Source of the DNA: a candidate division FCPU426 bacterium
GTDB lineage: Bacteria > Oederibacteriota > PGYV01 > Palsa-1178
NCBI GenBank assembly: GCA_963840035.1
Contig: CAWIXE010000001.1
Coordinates: 736,001 to 800,000 of the forward strand
Direction: 5' to 3'
DNA: 64,000 bases
Both the position numbers and the translations under genes were made by a program. Under the pieces are notes generated by a model. The model made no database searches. It was not told where the DNA came from and saw nothing but the letters and a program-made list of their open reading frames with translations. Shown piece after piece: positions 29,340 to 39,951 of the stretch (positions are counted from its first letter, which is position 1; every line of letters starts with the position of its first letter).

Positions 29340-30674
29340 TTATCTAAAGGACTTCACGTATGTCTTATAATCCGTCATGTCAAGGGCCATGAAATACGGG
29401 ATGCCCGCGGCGGTTACTATGTATAAAAAACTGCTGGCGCCGGGCGTGAGATATCCGGTGCCGATTTGGGACCATGCCGAACCGTTATAATGCATGGCCA
29501 CGGCGTTATAGTTTCCTCCGTTGAAGACCTGATAGGCGGCATAGATTGAATTCTCGTTTTCCACAAATATTGACCTGTAGGTGCTGACAGCCTGTTCCGC
29601 CCCGAAACCGGGAGTCCCGACGTCCGTCCATATGCTCAGGTTGTCGCTGTAGGATTTCACCGACGGTTTATAGCCCTGTGAAGCGGAGGAATACATGACG
29701 TAAAGCGAACCGTTATAGAGATATGATGATGAGGAATACTGAGTGTTCGCAATGTTGCCGTTGACTATGGACATCCATACGCCTGAAGCCTGCGTGTATT
29801 TGTATACCTGCACTGATTTATCGCTTGATTCCGTATAGGAAACATATGTGGTGGTTCCGTCCGTGGTTAATTTAATGTTATTTGCCTGCGTGGTGACGTA
29901 TATGGGGGAACCCAGCGTTTCCCACGCCGGGGATGAAAATGATTTTACATATATTTTATTACCGTCGGCTGACTCGCAGTAAGCCGCGTAAGGCACTGAG
30001 TTATAGGCGGCCACGGAAATATTTGACGTGCTTGAGGCGGAAAGCGAGCCGCCCACATCAGACCATGAAGCGCCGTCGTATGAAATTACCTTCATAACAT
30101 AAGGGCTCTGGGTCCTGACCATGGCGTATATATTTGTCCCGGCAGGATCCGCCGCAATCTCAAGGGCCTCGGCATTCGGGCAGAAGGTGCCTGTGCCAAG
30201 CCTGGCCCACGAGTCTGTCAGCGCGGAATAACCGTAAACATAAGCGCTGAAATAGTCGCCTCCGCTTTTGGATATATAACCGGCGTAGAGCCCGGCGCCT
30301 TTTGCCGCGAGGGTGCTCGGGTATCCTGAAGAGACAAAATAGGTGCCGCCGGTATTGGACCACTTCGGCGTCTGTGTGGAGGTCGGGGTTGCTGTCGAAG
30401 TGGAAGTTATCGTTGCTGTCGGCGTTATGGTGGAGGTTTTGGTAGCGGTTGACGTGACAGTTAAAGTCGGCGACATGGTTGATGTCGGCGTTATGGTAGA
30501 TGTTTTGGTTGCGGTTGACGTGGGAGGAGGGGTGAAAGACTGCGTTATCGTAGGCGTGCATGATGGAGTAAAGACCGGGGCCGGCGAAGAGGGCGTATTT
30601 TTTTTGCAGGAAACGGAAAATAAAGCCGGCATAAACAGGATCATAAATATGGACACAATTCTGGTAAGTTTCAT
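29340..30674 (-). CDS. Lipoprotein with Thr-rich linker and probable beta-propeller
   Basis: GGAGG RBS; lipobox SVSC; repeated W..VG blades. Confidence 0.8.
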   Translation of the reverse strand: MKLTRIVSIFMILFMPALFSVSCKKNTPSSPAPVFTPSCTPTITQSFTPPPTSTATKTSTITPTSTMSPTLTVTSTATKTSTITPTATITSTSTATPTSTQTPKWSNTGGTYFVSSGYPSTLAAKGAGLYAGYISKSGGDYFSAYVYGYSALTDSWARLGTGTFCPNAEALEIAADPAGTNIYAMVRTQSPYVMKVISYDGASWSDVGGSLSASSTSNISVAAYNSVPYAAYCESADGNKIYVKSFSSPAWETLGSPIYVTTQANNIKLTTDGTTTYVSYTESSDKSVQVYKYTQASGVWMSIVNGNIANTQYSSSSYLYNGSLYVMYSSASQGYKPSVKSYSDNLSIWTDVGTPGFGAEQAVSTYRSIFVENENSIYAAYQVFNGGNYNAVAMHYNGSAWSQIGTGYLTPGASSFLYIVTAAGIPYFMALDMTDYKTYVKSFR

Positions 30675-30877
30675 AAAGCCTCCTTATATGGTATGAAACA
30701 GATTAGCTTATTGGATTTGAAAAGTAAAACAAAATAACGCAAAATAGCAAAAAACCAGAACTCGGAGTTTTGGCAAAAGGCTGCGCTGGTAGCTCTGGTG
30801 GGAAAGGCTGAATAAATCCGGAAAGAACAGAGCAAATTCTGCATCATAATTTGTACAGTTAAGATGATGGCTTTACA

Positions 30878-30999
30878 GCCTGTCATTGCGAGGAGCCGTA
30901 TTTGTTTTATGGCGACGAAGCAATCTTGTTTAAGCGTTATAAAACAGCCGGATTGCTTCGTCGGCATGGAACTATGACGCCTCCTCGCAATGACAGGCT
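30878..30999. repeat. Inverted GTCATTGCGAG-type repeat pair
   Basis: GTCATTGCGAGGAG...CGACGAAGCAATC / GATTGCTTCGTCG...CTCCTCGCAATGAC; second copy at 33577. Confidence 0.85.
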
Positions 31000-31013
31000 G
31001 TCAAATTGACAAC

Positions 31014-31086
31014 TTAACAGCACACATAATTAACATGTATTTAACAATTATTTGTTAATGTTTATGTTATAAAAGTATTGTATAAT
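31014..31086 (+). promoter_or_regulatory. Pho-box-like TTAACA repeats and -10
   Basis: TTAACA at 31014, 31030 and 31041; TATAAT at 31081. Confidence 0.6.
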
Positions 31087-31111
31087 TAGCCATCAACAGA
31101 AAGGGGACATA

Positions 31112-31789
31112 ATGGAAAAAATAATAGCTGTCGTGGACGACGAGGAAGATATACGCGAGCTTGTGTCCGTCAACCTTAAAAAGGCCGGATATAAGGTAAA
31201 GGAATACCCTGACGCTGACGCGTTTTTAAAATCCATTTCAAAATCCATGCCCGACCTTATCATCATGGACATCATGATGCCCGGGACCGACGGCCTGGAA
31301 GCCTGCAGGATACTTAAAAAAGAGGCAAAGTATTCGGGCATACCTATAATAATGCTTACGGCAAAAACCGACGTATCAGACAAGATAACCGGCCTGGACA
31401 CGGGCGCGGATGATTATGTTTCAAAGCCGTTTTCACCCAGGGAACTTACGGCAAGGGTAAAGGCGGTCTTAAGAAGGGGCAAGAAAACTGAAGCGTCAGC
31501 TGAGCTGGTAAAGCTGGGCGGGATATCCATAAACAGGGAAAAGCATGAAGTGCTGGTAAAGGGCAAGAGCATAGAACTGACGGCGACGGAATTTAACATA
31601 CTCGAGATAATGGCTTCAAAGACAGGCAGGGTGTTTTCCAGGGAGCAGCTGCTGGACACCCTGTGGGGAAATGAAAAAACAGTCGTGGACAGGACCGTGG
31701 ATGTCCACATAAAGCACTTAAGGACAAAACTCGGGGCCGCCGGCAAGATGATAAAGAACGTGCGCGGAGTGGGGTATAAAATAGGATAA
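31112..31789 (+). CDS. phoB: OmpR-family phosphate response regulator
   Basis: REC plus winged helix (RTVDVHI, VRGVGY); context. Confidence 0.85.
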   Translation: MEKIIAVVDDEEDIRELVSVNLKKAGYKVKEYPDADAFLKSISKSMPDLIIMDIMMPGTDGLEACRILKKEAKYSGIPIIMLTAKTDVSDKITGLDTGADDYVSKPFSPRELTARVKAVLRRGKKTEASAELVKLGGISINREKHEVLVKGKSIELTATEFNILEIMASKTGRVFSREQLLDTLWGNEKTVVDRTVDVHIKHLRTKLGAAGKMIKNVRGVGYKIG

Positions 31790-33522
31790 TGAAAAGGTCA
31801 ATATTCGGCAGGATATTTTTCAGCTATGTGCTGCTGACAGCGGCGCTTTCCACGTTAATTATATTCTTTTCCTTCCGCGCGGTTAAGGACCATTATATAC
31901 AGTTTGAAACCGCGAACCTGCGCGAAGAATCCCGCATACTCATACACACCATAGACCCGTACCTGTTAAAAACAGATTATAAGGGAATTGACTCGCTGCT
32001 TAAAAAACTCGGGGAAAAAACTGATACCAGGTATACATTAGTCATGGCTGACGGGACTGTAGCCGGGGATTCGGACGCGGCCCCTTCAACAATGGACAAC
32101 CATAAAAACAGGCCTGAAATAGCCTCGGTGATAAATAATATCAAGGAAGAGACAGCGGTGCGCTTCAGCAACACATTAAAGGAAGATATGCTTTATTACG
32201 CCTCGCCGGTCCTGGCTGACGGGAAAAAAGTAAAAGCGGTCATAAGGATTTCAATTCCCTTAAAAGACATAAAGTCCATTGCCGACAGTTTAAACAACGA
32301 GATACTTAAAGCTTCGATTCTGGTATTGCTTTTATCGGTTCTGGCGACCTTCCTTTATTCCAGGAGGTTTTACGAGCCCATCAGGGACCTGGCGGACGCG
32401 GCAAAAAAAGTGGCAGCCAGGGATTTTGACGTAAAGGTGAATATAAAAAGCGGGGATGAATTAAAAGCCCTGGGCGACAGTTTCAATTATATGACCTCAG
32501 AAATAAAGCTTCTTTTTACGGAAGTTACCGAGAAAAAAGGTCAGCTTGACGCTGTGATATCTTCGGTTGCCGAGGGCCTTATAGTGGTGGACGAAAAAGG
32601 AAAGATTACATTGATAAATGAAAGCTTCAGAAAACTGGCTGGGACAGAATGCAAAGCCGGGAGTTTTTACTGGGAGTGTTTCATGCCGGTTAAATTCAAT
32701 GAGATAATGGAATTCGCTATAAAAACCGGAAGGCATTTTTCAGAGCAGGTGGAAATCAAAGGCAGGATGTATCTGGTGGGCTTAAGCTTTTTATCGGCAA
32801 AAAAGCAGACCGCCATGGTGCTCCATGATATAACCGAATTCAAGGAACTTGAGCGCATAAAAAGGGATTTTGTGGCGAATGTGTCGCACGAGCTGAAAAC
32901 TCCCCTGACAGCCATAAAGGGTTTCACTGAAACCGTTGAGCAGGAGACTAAGAATAAGGAATCGCTGCGCTACCTCGAGATAATAAGGAAGAACACGGAG
33001 AGGCTCATAAACATAGTAAACGACCTTTTAACCCTGTCGCAGCTCGAGCAGATAGACAGGCTCGGGGTTATAGAGGAAATAGACTTGGAAGAAGTCATCA
33101 ACAATACCGCTAAAATATTTGAATTAGCCGTGAAAAACAAGGGCCTTACGCTGAAAATATTCCTTGAAAAAGGGCTTCCGGCCGTCAAAGGGGACCCTTT
33201 CAGGCTGGAGCATGTGTTTTTAAACCTGATAGATAACGCCGTGAAGTACACTGAAAAAGGGGGCGTTACGGTAAACGCAAGGCACGAGAAGAATACCGTT
33301 ATAATAGAAGTATCTGATACCGGCTCAGGCATACCCGAAGAGCACCTGGTGAGGGTGTTTGAAAGGTTCTACGTAGTAGACAAGTCACGCTCAAAAAAGC
33401 TCGGGGGCACAGGGCTCGGGCTTGCCATAGTAAAACATATAGTGCTCCTGCACCAGGGAAAAATCTCCGTTGAAAGCAAAGTAGGAACTGGAACCACATT
33501 TACGGTAACACTGCCCGTATAA
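31789..33522 (+). CDS. phoR: Phosphate sensor histidine kinase
   Basis: HAMP/PAS, FVANVSHELKTPLT, GGTGLGLAIVKH. Confidence 0.9.
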   Translation: MKRSIFGRIFFSYVLLTAALSTLIIFFSFRAVKDHYIQFETANLREESRILIHTIDPYLLKTDYKGIDSLLKKLGEKTDTRYTLVMADGTVAGDSDAAPSTMDNHKNRPEIASVINNIKEETAVRFSNTLKEDMLYYASPVLADGKKVKAVIRISIPLKDIKSIADSLNNEILKASILVLLLSVLATFLYSRRFYEPIRDLADAAKKVAARDFDVKVNIKSGDELKALGDSFNYMTSEIKLLFTEVTEKKGQLDAVISSVAEGLIVVDEKGKITLINESFRKLAGTECKAGSFYWECFMPVKFNEIMEFAIKTGRHFSEQVEIKGRMYLVGLSFLSAKKQTAMVLHDITEFKELERIKRDFVANVSHELKTPLTAIKGFTETVEQETKNKESLRYLEIIRKNTERLINIVNDLLTLSQLEQIDRLGVIEEIDLEEVINNTAKIFELAVKNKGLTLKIFLEKGLPAVKGDPFRLEHVFLNLIDNAVKYTEKGGVTVNARHEKNTVIIEVSDTGSGIPEEHLVRVFERFYVVDKSRSKKLGGTGLGLAIVKHIVLLHQGKISVESKVGTGTTFTVTLPV

Positions 33523-33576
33523 ATTTTTTTACAAACCCACCCCGCATCTATAGTAGCCAATATTTATGTCTACAGT

Positions 33577-33693
33577 ATGTCATTGCGAGGAGCCGTATTT
33601 GATTCATGGCGACGAAGCAATCTCGTTTCTTCCTGCAAAAGCAGCAAGATTGCTTCGTCGGCAAAGAACAAAAACGCCTCCTCGCAATGACAT
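33577..33693. repeat. Inverted GTCATTGCGAG-type repeat pair
   Basis: Same family as 30878-30999. Confidence 0.85.
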
Positions 33694-33730
33694 TTTGAAA
33701 TCTGTCAGCATAATTATAAACTACCCCGCC

Positions 33731-33784
33731 TTAACCGACAATTAACACACCCGACATTATTAATTAACACCTTTCTTCTATACT
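33731..33784 (+). promoter_or_regulatory. Pho box and -10
   Basis: TTAAC(C/A) at 33731, 33742 and 33764 (11-bp register); TATACT at 33779. Confidence 0.7.
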
Positions 33785-33929
33785 TCTGTCTGTAAAAACA
33801 AATTGTTCAAAAAGAACCAGGGCATAAAAGCCGGGCCGCAAAGAAATATAAGCAATCAGCCCGAAGCCCAGCCCTTGAAATAAAGAATACAATTTGACGG
33901 ATGGAAGCAAAAAACCAAGGAGGAAGAAA

Positions 33930-35039
33930 ATGAAAAAAGCGGTAAATTTTGTTCTGGCAGCGGTCTTTGTCCTTTGCATGATAGGAACGGTTTCAGCCGA
34001 GCCTGTGTCAAAGTTTTACGGGTACCAGTGGTTAAGGTACGAGGCAAAACAGGCCGGGGCGTCGTTTGACAAAGCGGGGTCTGATTTAAGCTCATTCTCG
34101 GTGCCGAGGACCTATTTAAGGTGGAAATTGACGGATACAGGATATGAAGGCAACATAACCCTAGATATAAACAATGTTGCAGGCGGACAGGGCATGGCTA
34201 AGATATCACCTGCTGATGTTACCACAACAGGCGTGCCCGCGGCGTCGGTTGACTGGGAAGCGTGGTTAAAATACGCATCAGTTGATTTTCTCAAAGTCCC
34301 GGGGCTCGAACAGATAGACGCCCAGATAAGGTTCGGCATCCAGAAGGTGTACTTCGGAACGCTTGACACATGGGAATATCCCCTGATAGACAAAGAACCG
34401 GTTGACAGGGCGGGGATTGCCTCAAGCGCGGATTTTGGGGTGGCCATACTGGGAAGGCTTCCGGCGGGATTCGGCTCGTATGAACTCGCGGCGTTCAGCG
34501 GCTCAGGATACAAGAAACTCGACGCAAATACGGAAAAAATGTACAACGCGAGCCTTTTAGTCACGCCGCTTCCGGGAATATACGCAAGGGCTTCTTACCT
34601 GCATAACATCTCCAGCGACCTGCTCGCGGGCCCGGTCAAAGACATGAACGCCACGGCGCTTGTTGTGGGATACGCTTCAGGCCCGATAGAAGGGTGGACA
34701 CAGTATGTTACGAAGTTTGACAGGGCGTCATCATCAGCGTCAAAATCAGGCGTATACACGGGCTGGAGCTCATACCTCGGTGTAAGCCTGACGGACGCGA
34801 TACAGGTAAACGCGATGTGGATACAGAATAACCCGGACACAAAAGTTGTCAGGGATGACAAAAACATCTGGCAGCTCGGCGTTAATTACAAGATGATTGA
34901 CAACCTTCTCATACAGTGCGGTTACGAGCTTGACCAGCTGAAGTTCCCGAATAATTCGGCAACAACGGGCAATACAACAAACGACACGGCGTCAGCGAAC
35001 CTGAACTACTTCTGGATTCAGACGAAGTTGTCGTTTTAA
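33930..35039 (+). CDS. Putative phosphate-regulated outer-membrane beta-barrel porin
   Basis: AGGAGG RBS, signal peptide, amphipathic strands, terminal Phe; directly upstream of pstS. Confidence 0.65.
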   Translation: MKKAVNFVLAAVFVLCMIGTVSAEPVSKFYGYQWLRYEAKQAGASFDKAGSDLSSFSVPRTYLRWKLTDTGYEGNITLDINNVAGGQGMAKISPADVTTTGVPAASVDWEAWLKYASVDFLKVPGLEQIDAQIRFGIQKVYFGTLDTWEYPLIDKEPVDRAGIASSADFGVAILGRLPAGFGSYELAAFSGSGYKKLDANTEKMYNASLLVTPLPGIYARASYLHNISSDLLAGPVKDMNATALVVGYASGPIEGWTQYVTKFDRASSSASKSGVYTGWSSYLGVSLTDAIQVNAMWIQNNPDTKVVRDDKNIWQLGVNYKMIDNLLIQCGYELDQLKFPNNSATTGNTTNDTASANLNYFWIQTKLSF

Positions 35040-35048
35040 GCAAATAGT

Positions 35049-35080
35049 CTCAAGACCCAAGACCCAGGACCCAGGTCCAG
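35049..35080 (+). repeat. Single heptamer-repeat arm (GACCCAA/G)
   Basis: Four tandem heptamers between stop codon and RBS. Confidence 0.6.
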
Positions 35081-35105
35081 GGAAAAACATACAGAGGAGA
35101 AAAAA

Positions 35106-35948
35106 ATGAAAAAGTTTACAAAGATCGCAGTAGCAGCAGTAATGGCTGCCATGCTTGTGTCACCGGCGTTCGCTTGGAACTGGCCGTGGGCCCAGAAAGC
35201 GGGAAACAAGTTATCAACTCAGGGTTCCACTACGGTGCTTCCGATAGCTCAGGCTGAGGCTGAGGCATTCATGAAAACGAACAAGGACGCGGACGTATCG
35301 GTATCAGGAGGCGGCTCGGGAGTGGGAATCGCGGCTTTGATAGACGGTTCAGCCGACATCGCGAATTCCTCAAGGCCCATTAAGTCAAAAGAAATAGTCC
35401 TCGCGAAGCAAAAAGGCGTGAACCCGGTGGGGACGATTATCGCCAATGACGGCATAGCGGTCATAGTAAATAACGCGAATAAAGCGGAAGCAATTACCGT
35501 TGAACAGCTAAAAGCCATATACTCGGGCGAGATAACAAAGTGGAGCCAGGCAGGCGGCTCAGGCGACTCGATAGTCGTGATATCGCGCGACAGCGCCTCG
35601 GGAACGTTTGAAGTCTTCAATGAACTGGTTTTAAAAGGCGCGAAACTCAGGACAGACTCGCTGATGATGGCATCCAACAAGGAAATAGCCGAGACCATAG
35701 CCAGGACACCCGGCGCGATAGGCTACGTGGGATTAGGCTACCTTTCAGGTGATGTTAAAGCCCTGAAAGTAGCCGGGATAGTACCGTCCGACGCAACGGT
35801 GTTGAACGGGACCTACAAACTTGCAAGGCCGCTTTACGTCTATACAAACGGCGAGCCCGCGGGCATGGCAAAAGAATTCATCGATTTCATGCTCGGCGCG
35901 GAAGGCCAGAAAATAGTAAAAGAGACGGGTTTTGTAACGGTGAAGTAA
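35106..35948 (+). CDS. pstS: Phosphate ABC transporter substrate-binding protein
   Basis: GSTTVLP, GGGSGVG, RDSASGT, RPLYVY. Confidence 0.95.
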   Translation: MKKFTKIAVAAVMAAMLVSPAFAWNWPWAQKAGNKLSTQGSTTVLPIAQAEAEAFMKTNKDADVSVSGGGSGVGIAALIDGSADIANSSRPIKSKEIVLAKQKGVNPVGTIIANDGIAVIVNNANKAEAITVEQLKAIYSGEITKWSQAGGSGDSIVVISRDSASGTFEVFNELVLKGAKLRTDSLMMASNKEIAETIARTPGAIGYVGLGYLSGDVKALKVAGIVPSDATVLNGTYKLARPLYVYTNGEPAGMAKEFIDFMLGAEGQKIVKETGFVTVK

Positions 35949-35970
35949 TATCTGATTGCTAAAATATTTT

Positions 35971-36005
35971 AAGAAGGGTCTGCGTAAGCAGGCCCTTCTT
36001 TTTTT
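35971..36005 (+). terminator. Intrinsic terminator or stabilising hairpin after pstS
   Basis: AAGAAGGGTCTGC-GTAA-GCAGGCCCTTCTT plus T tract. Confidence 0.8.
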
Positions 36006-36027
36006 ATGAGCACAGGGAAAGGTATTC

Positions 36028-36143
36028 TTCCCTCTCCCTCTGGGAGAGGGTTAGGGTGAGGGCACGCCGGTATTTTGTTCCCCTCACCCCAGCCCCTCTC
36101 TCCCCCTCAAGGGGGGACTACAAAGAGCCAGGGGGAGAGGGGG
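36028..36143. repeat. CCCTCTCCC-type inverted REP pair
   Basis: CCCTCTCCCTCTGGGAGAGGGTTAGGGTGAGGG and an inverted copy. Confidence 0.8.
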
Positions 36144-36149
36144 AGAATA

Positions 36150-36203
36150 TTAACACAACCTTAACCCATATGAAACAATGCGTTAACAGCGCCGGGGTAT
36201 CAT
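36150..36203 (+). promoter_or_regulatory. Internal Pho box and -10 before pstC
   Basis: TTAACA/TTAACC/GAAACA/TTAACA at 36150, 36161, 36172, 36183; TATCAT at 36198. Confidence 0.75.
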
Positions 36204-36225
36204 TTACATAGAAAGGAAGGCACAA

Positions 36226-37104
36226 ATGTCAACGCACAAAGGAATGAGAAAAAATTTCATAGAGCGCTTATTGCCGGTAGCCGCTTCGGTCTCCCTTATT
36301 TTCCTGCTTGGCATAGCTTTCACTCTTGTTACAACGTCGCTGCCTGTTTTCAAATCCGTATCCCTTAAAGGCTTCATATTCGGGACAGAGTGGATTCCCA
36401 CGGCGGAGACGCCATTGCTGGGGATATGGCCGCTTATCGTCGCCTCCGCGTATGTGACTTTCGGCGCCATAATATTCGCCATACCGCTCGGGGTGGGAAG
36501 CGCAGTCTATATTTCCGAGCTTGCGTCCCCGCGGGTAAAGGAACTTTTAAAACCGGTAATGGAAATACTGGCGGGAATACCTTCGGTGGTATTCGGATTT
36601 TTCGGGATAGTATTTGTGGCGCCCATAGTTCAGCGGGTATTCCACCTGGATACCGGGCTTTGCGGGATGACCGCCGCTATCATACTCGGCATAATGGTGA
36701 TACCGACTGTGGCGAGCATATCAGAGGACGCCATATCCGCGATATCAAAAGACTTAAGGAACGCCTCATACGCCCTGGGCGCTAACAAATGGGAGACAAT
36801 AATAAAAGCGGTACTGCCGGCGGCAAAGTCCGGGATATTCACCTCGATAATACTGGGTATCAGCAGGGCGCTCGGCGAGACCATGACGGTTTTGATGGTA
36901 GCCGGCGGGGCCGTAAAAATACCGGGAAGCATCTTTTCGCCGATGAGGCCCATGACCGCGACTATCGCGGGGGAAATGGGGGAGACAGTTGTCGGGAGCC
37001 CCCATTACCACGCTTTATTCGCCATGGGGCTTGTGCTTTTTATCGTCAATATCGCGTTTAACCTTATAGCCGACCATTATCAGAAAGGGAAAAGAAATGT
37101 CTGA
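36226..37104 (+). CDS. pstC: Phosphate ABC permease PstC
   Basis: LAGIPSVVFGFFG, SRALGETM. Confidence 0.95.
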   Translation: MSTHKGMRKNFIERLLPVAASVSLIFLLGIAFTLVTTSLPVFKSVSLKGFIFGTEWIPTAETPLLGIWPLIVASAYVTFGAIIFAIPLGVGSAVYISELASPRVKELLKPVMEILAGIPSVVFGFFGIVFVAPIVQRVFHLDTGLCGMTAAIILGIMVIPTVASISEDAISAISKDLRNASYALGANKWETIIKAVLPAAKSGIFTSIILGISRALGETMTVLMVAGGAVKIPGSIFSPMRPMTATIAGEMGETVVGSPHYHALFAMGLVLFIVNIAFNLIADHYQKGKRNV

Positions 37105-37975
37105 CGCGAAAACTTTGAAAATTATCGGAGCCAGGGACGCGATGCAGGAAGCCGGATTTTTGCTTCTAAAATTGTGCGCTCTGACGGTAATCATAGCGCT
37201 GGGAGTGGTGGTTTTTTTTATAGCCATCAAAGGCTTCAGGGTGGTAAACCTCGAATTTTTAACCCAGATGCCGCGCGACGGCATGGTAAAGGGCGGGATA
37301 TTCCCCGCGATACTCGGCACGTTCCTGCTCTCCATGGGGGCGCTTTTATTCGCGCTGCCTGCGGGAGTGCTCACAGCGGTATGGCTGACAGAATACGCCG
37401 ATAACCAAAAATTTGTGAGGCTGGTAAGGATAGGCATTAACAGCCTGGCAGGCGTGCCCTCCATCGTCTTCGGGTTATTTGGCCTTATGTTCTTTGTAAA
37501 ATTCATGGATTTTGGCGTATCGCTTTTATCCGGTTCGCTTGTGCTGGGCATCCTCATATTACCCACCATTATAGGCGCGTCAGAAGAGGCGCTTTTAAGC
37601 GTTCCAAAGGCATTTAAGGAAGCGTCGCTGGCGCTCGGGGCCACAAGGTGGGAAACAATGTATAAAGTAATACTGCCCAACTCAATATCAGGGATAATTA
37701 CCGGCATAATATTAAGCGTCGGCAGGGCCGCGGGCGAGACAGCGCCGATACTCATGACAGCCGCGACATTTTTTACGGCGAAACTGCCGGACTCATTATT
37801 CTCAAAGGTCATGGCGCTGCCATACCACATATACGCGCTTTTGACAGAGGGCTCAAAGAAAGGGCAGACAGAGATAGCTTACGGAACGGCGCTGGTGCTT
37901 TTACTGCTGGTGCTGGCGATAAACAGCGCGGCGATATATATAAGGATAAAGGCGAGAAGGGAACGGAAGTGGTAA
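37097..37975 (+). CDS. pstA: Phosphate ABC permease PstA
   Basis: LAGVPSIVFGLFG, GRAAGETAP. Confidence 0.95.
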   Translation: MSDAKTLKIIGARDAMQEAGFLLLKLCALTVIIALGVVVFFIAIKGFRVVNLEFLTQMPRDGMVKGGIFPAILGTFLLSMGALLFALPAGVLTAVWLTEYADNQKFVRLVRIGINSLAGVPSIVFGLFGLMFFVKFMDFGVSLLSGSLVLGILILPTIIGASEEALLSVPKAFKEASLALGATRWETMYKVILPNSISGIITGIILSVGRAAGETAPILMTAATFFTAKLPDSLFSKVMALPYHIYALLTEGSKKGQTEIAYGTALVLLLLVLAINSAAIYIRIKARRERKW

Positions 37976-37985
37976 TAAAACCTTA

Positions 37986-38020
37986 GTTCGGAGGGTGGAG
38001 TTCGGGGTTCGGAGTTGAGT
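37986..38020 (+). repeat. Single GTTCGGA heptamer arm
   Basis: Same arm as at 50168. Confidence 0.75.
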
Positions 38021-38172
38021 TGGTAGCCGCAGCCTTAAGGCTGCGAAACCCGGGCTTTAGAACCTGCCTTGCGTAACAAGTCGTGAGGAACACGACAAGA
38101 TGAGAGGTATTGTTCTGATTTATTGTTTGTTCGCCGAAGCTCACAAGGGCATCTTGAAGGTTGCGGCTACCA
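38021..38172. repeat. Composite REP element, copy 1
   Basis: TGGTAGCCGCA...TGCGGCTACCA with internal GTCGTGAGGAACACGAC; copy at 60969. Confidence 0.85.
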
Positions 38173-38210
38173 GAATCTAAAGAGAAAAATTATGGTAAAA
38201 GGAGTTTGTA

Positions 38211-38975
38211 ATGGATGAAAAGATGCGAATAACAGTTAAGGATTTCAATGCTTTTTACGGCGAAAAACACGCGTTGAAAAACGTAAACATCGACATACCC
38301 GCCAATAAGATCATGGCCATGATAGGGCCTTCGGGGTGCGGGAAGTCAACATTTCTCCGTTCCATAAACAGGATGAACGACTTAATTGAGAATTTTAAGG
38401 TAAACGGGCGGATGATGATTGACGGGATGGATGTTTATGACAAAAATATAGACGTCACAAACCTTCGCAGGCGCGTGGGCATGGTATTTCAGAAGCCGAA
38501 CCCTTTTCCAAAAACAATATTTGAGAACATAGCGTACGGGCTGCGGGTGAACAGGCTCTTTAACGGCAGGGAAGAACTTGAGGCAAAGATAGAAAAGAGC
38601 CTCATGGAAGCCGGGCTGTGGGAGGAAGTAAAGGACGACCTGGATAAAAGCGCGTTTGAGCTCTCCGGAGGGCAGCAGCAGAGGCTGTGTATAGCAAGGG
38701 CCCTGGTAATAAAGCCGGAGGTAATCTTAATGGACGAGCCCACAGCGTCGCTTGACCCGATTTCCACCGCAAAAATAGAGGAACTCATACAGGTTCTTAA
38801 AAAGGACTACACGATAGTCATAGTGACCCACAACATGCAGCAGGCCGCGCGCGTGGCGGATAACACCGCTTTTTTCATGATGGGCGAGCTGGTGGAGTAC
38901 GACCTGACATCAAAGATGTTCACAAAGCCGGAGAAGAAGATAACGGAAGACTATATAACGGGAAGGTTCGGGTAA
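38211..38975 (+). CDS. pstB: Phosphate ABC ATPase
   Basis: [31 protein letters not shown]. Confidence 0.97.
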   Translation: MDEKMRITVKDFNAFYGEKHALKNVNIDIPANKIMAMIGPSGCGKSTFLRSINRMNDLIENFKVNGRMMIDGMDVYDKNIDVTNLRRRVGMVFQKPNPFPKTIFENIAYGLRVNRLFNGREELEAKIEKSLMEAGLWEEVKDDLDKSAFELSGGQQQRLCIARALVIKPEVILMDEPTASLDPISTAKIEELIQVLKKDYTIVIVTHNMQQAARVADNTAFFMMGELVEYDLTSKMFTKPEKKITEDYITGRFG

Positions 38976-38995
38976 TTAATGGTTTACCCACATTT

Positions 38996-39131
38996 TCCCT
39001 CCCCCTTTCAGGGGGAGGGTCAGGGTGGGGGTGCTGTGTTTTAAGTTTTAAGTTGGAATTGTTTCAGATTTAAAACAAGACATTAAGGCTTATCCCCACC
39101 CTGGCCCTCCCCTTATGAATAAGGGGAGGGA
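38996..39131. repeat. CCCTCCCC-type inverted REP pair
   Basis: CCCTCCCCC...GGGGGAGGGTCAGGGTGGGG and an inverted copy. Confidence 0.75.
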
Positions 39132-39166
39132 AATGGAAGGTGAAGCTTATTATGATAGGAGGTTTT

Positions 39167-39826
39167 ATGGACAGGCAATTTGACGGGGAGTTAAACAGCT
39201 TAAAAAAGAATATCCTTAACATGGCGTCGTTTGTGGATGAGGCTATAGAGCGGTCTATAAAGGCCCTTGTACAGAGGAGCGATGAGGCGGCTGAGGCGGT
39301 GGAAGAGGATGACGAGCGCATAGACCTGCTGGAAATCACAATTGAAAAGCAGTGCCTTGAACTTCTGGCGCGGCGCCAGCCCATTGCCATAGACCTGCGC
39401 TTCATTACATCCGTCATGAAGATAAACAGCGACTTAGAGCGGATGGGGGACCTGGCGGCGAACATCGCGCACAAAGCCAAAATATTAAGCAAGCTTCCGC
39501 AGCTCAAACCGCTCATTGACATACCCAAAATGGCGGAGCTGGTAAGGGCCATGCTGAAGGACTCTATAAACGCCCTGATTAACAACGATTCGGAGCAGGC
39601 AAGGCAGATAGCCTTAAGGGACACGAATGTGGACGGGTTTTATGTGCAGGTCTTCAGGGAGGTATTGACATACATGATGGAGAGCAGTAATAATATAAGG
39701 GTGGGAATAGAGCTGATACTTATAGCCAAGCACATAGAGCGAATGGCGGACCACATAACGAACATAGACGAGGACATAGTATACATGGTGGAAGCCAAGA
39801 CGATAAAGCATGACTTTGAGAAGTAG
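39167..39826 (+). CDS. phoU: Phosphate signalling protein PhoU
   Basis: QPIAIDLR, DLERMGD, HIERMADHITNI. Confidence 0.95.
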   Translation: MDRQFDGELNSLKKNILNMASFVDEAIERSIKALVQRSDEAAEAVEEDDERIDLLEITIEKQCLELLARRQPIAIDLRFITSVMKINSDLERMGDLAANIAHKAKILSKLPQLKPLIDIPKMAELVRAMLKDSINALINNDSEQARQIALRDTNVDGFYVQVFREVLTYMMESSNNIRVGIELILIAKHIERMADHITNIDEDIVYMVEAKTIKHDFEK

Positions 39827-39828
39827 AA

Positions 39829-39938
39829 TATTTTAGATTTTATATTTTAAATTTTAAATTTAAGGTGCTCCGCGGCTCTATTATAATAGTACCATGGAAT
39901 ACCATAAATCTAAAATTTAAAATATAAAATCTAAAATA
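39829..39938. repeat. AT-rich heptamer-arm hairpin element with 42-bp core
   Basis: 34-bp arms with 33/34 complementarity; inverted copy at 44258. Confidence 0.9.
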
Positions 39939-39951
39939 CACGGAGGTATTT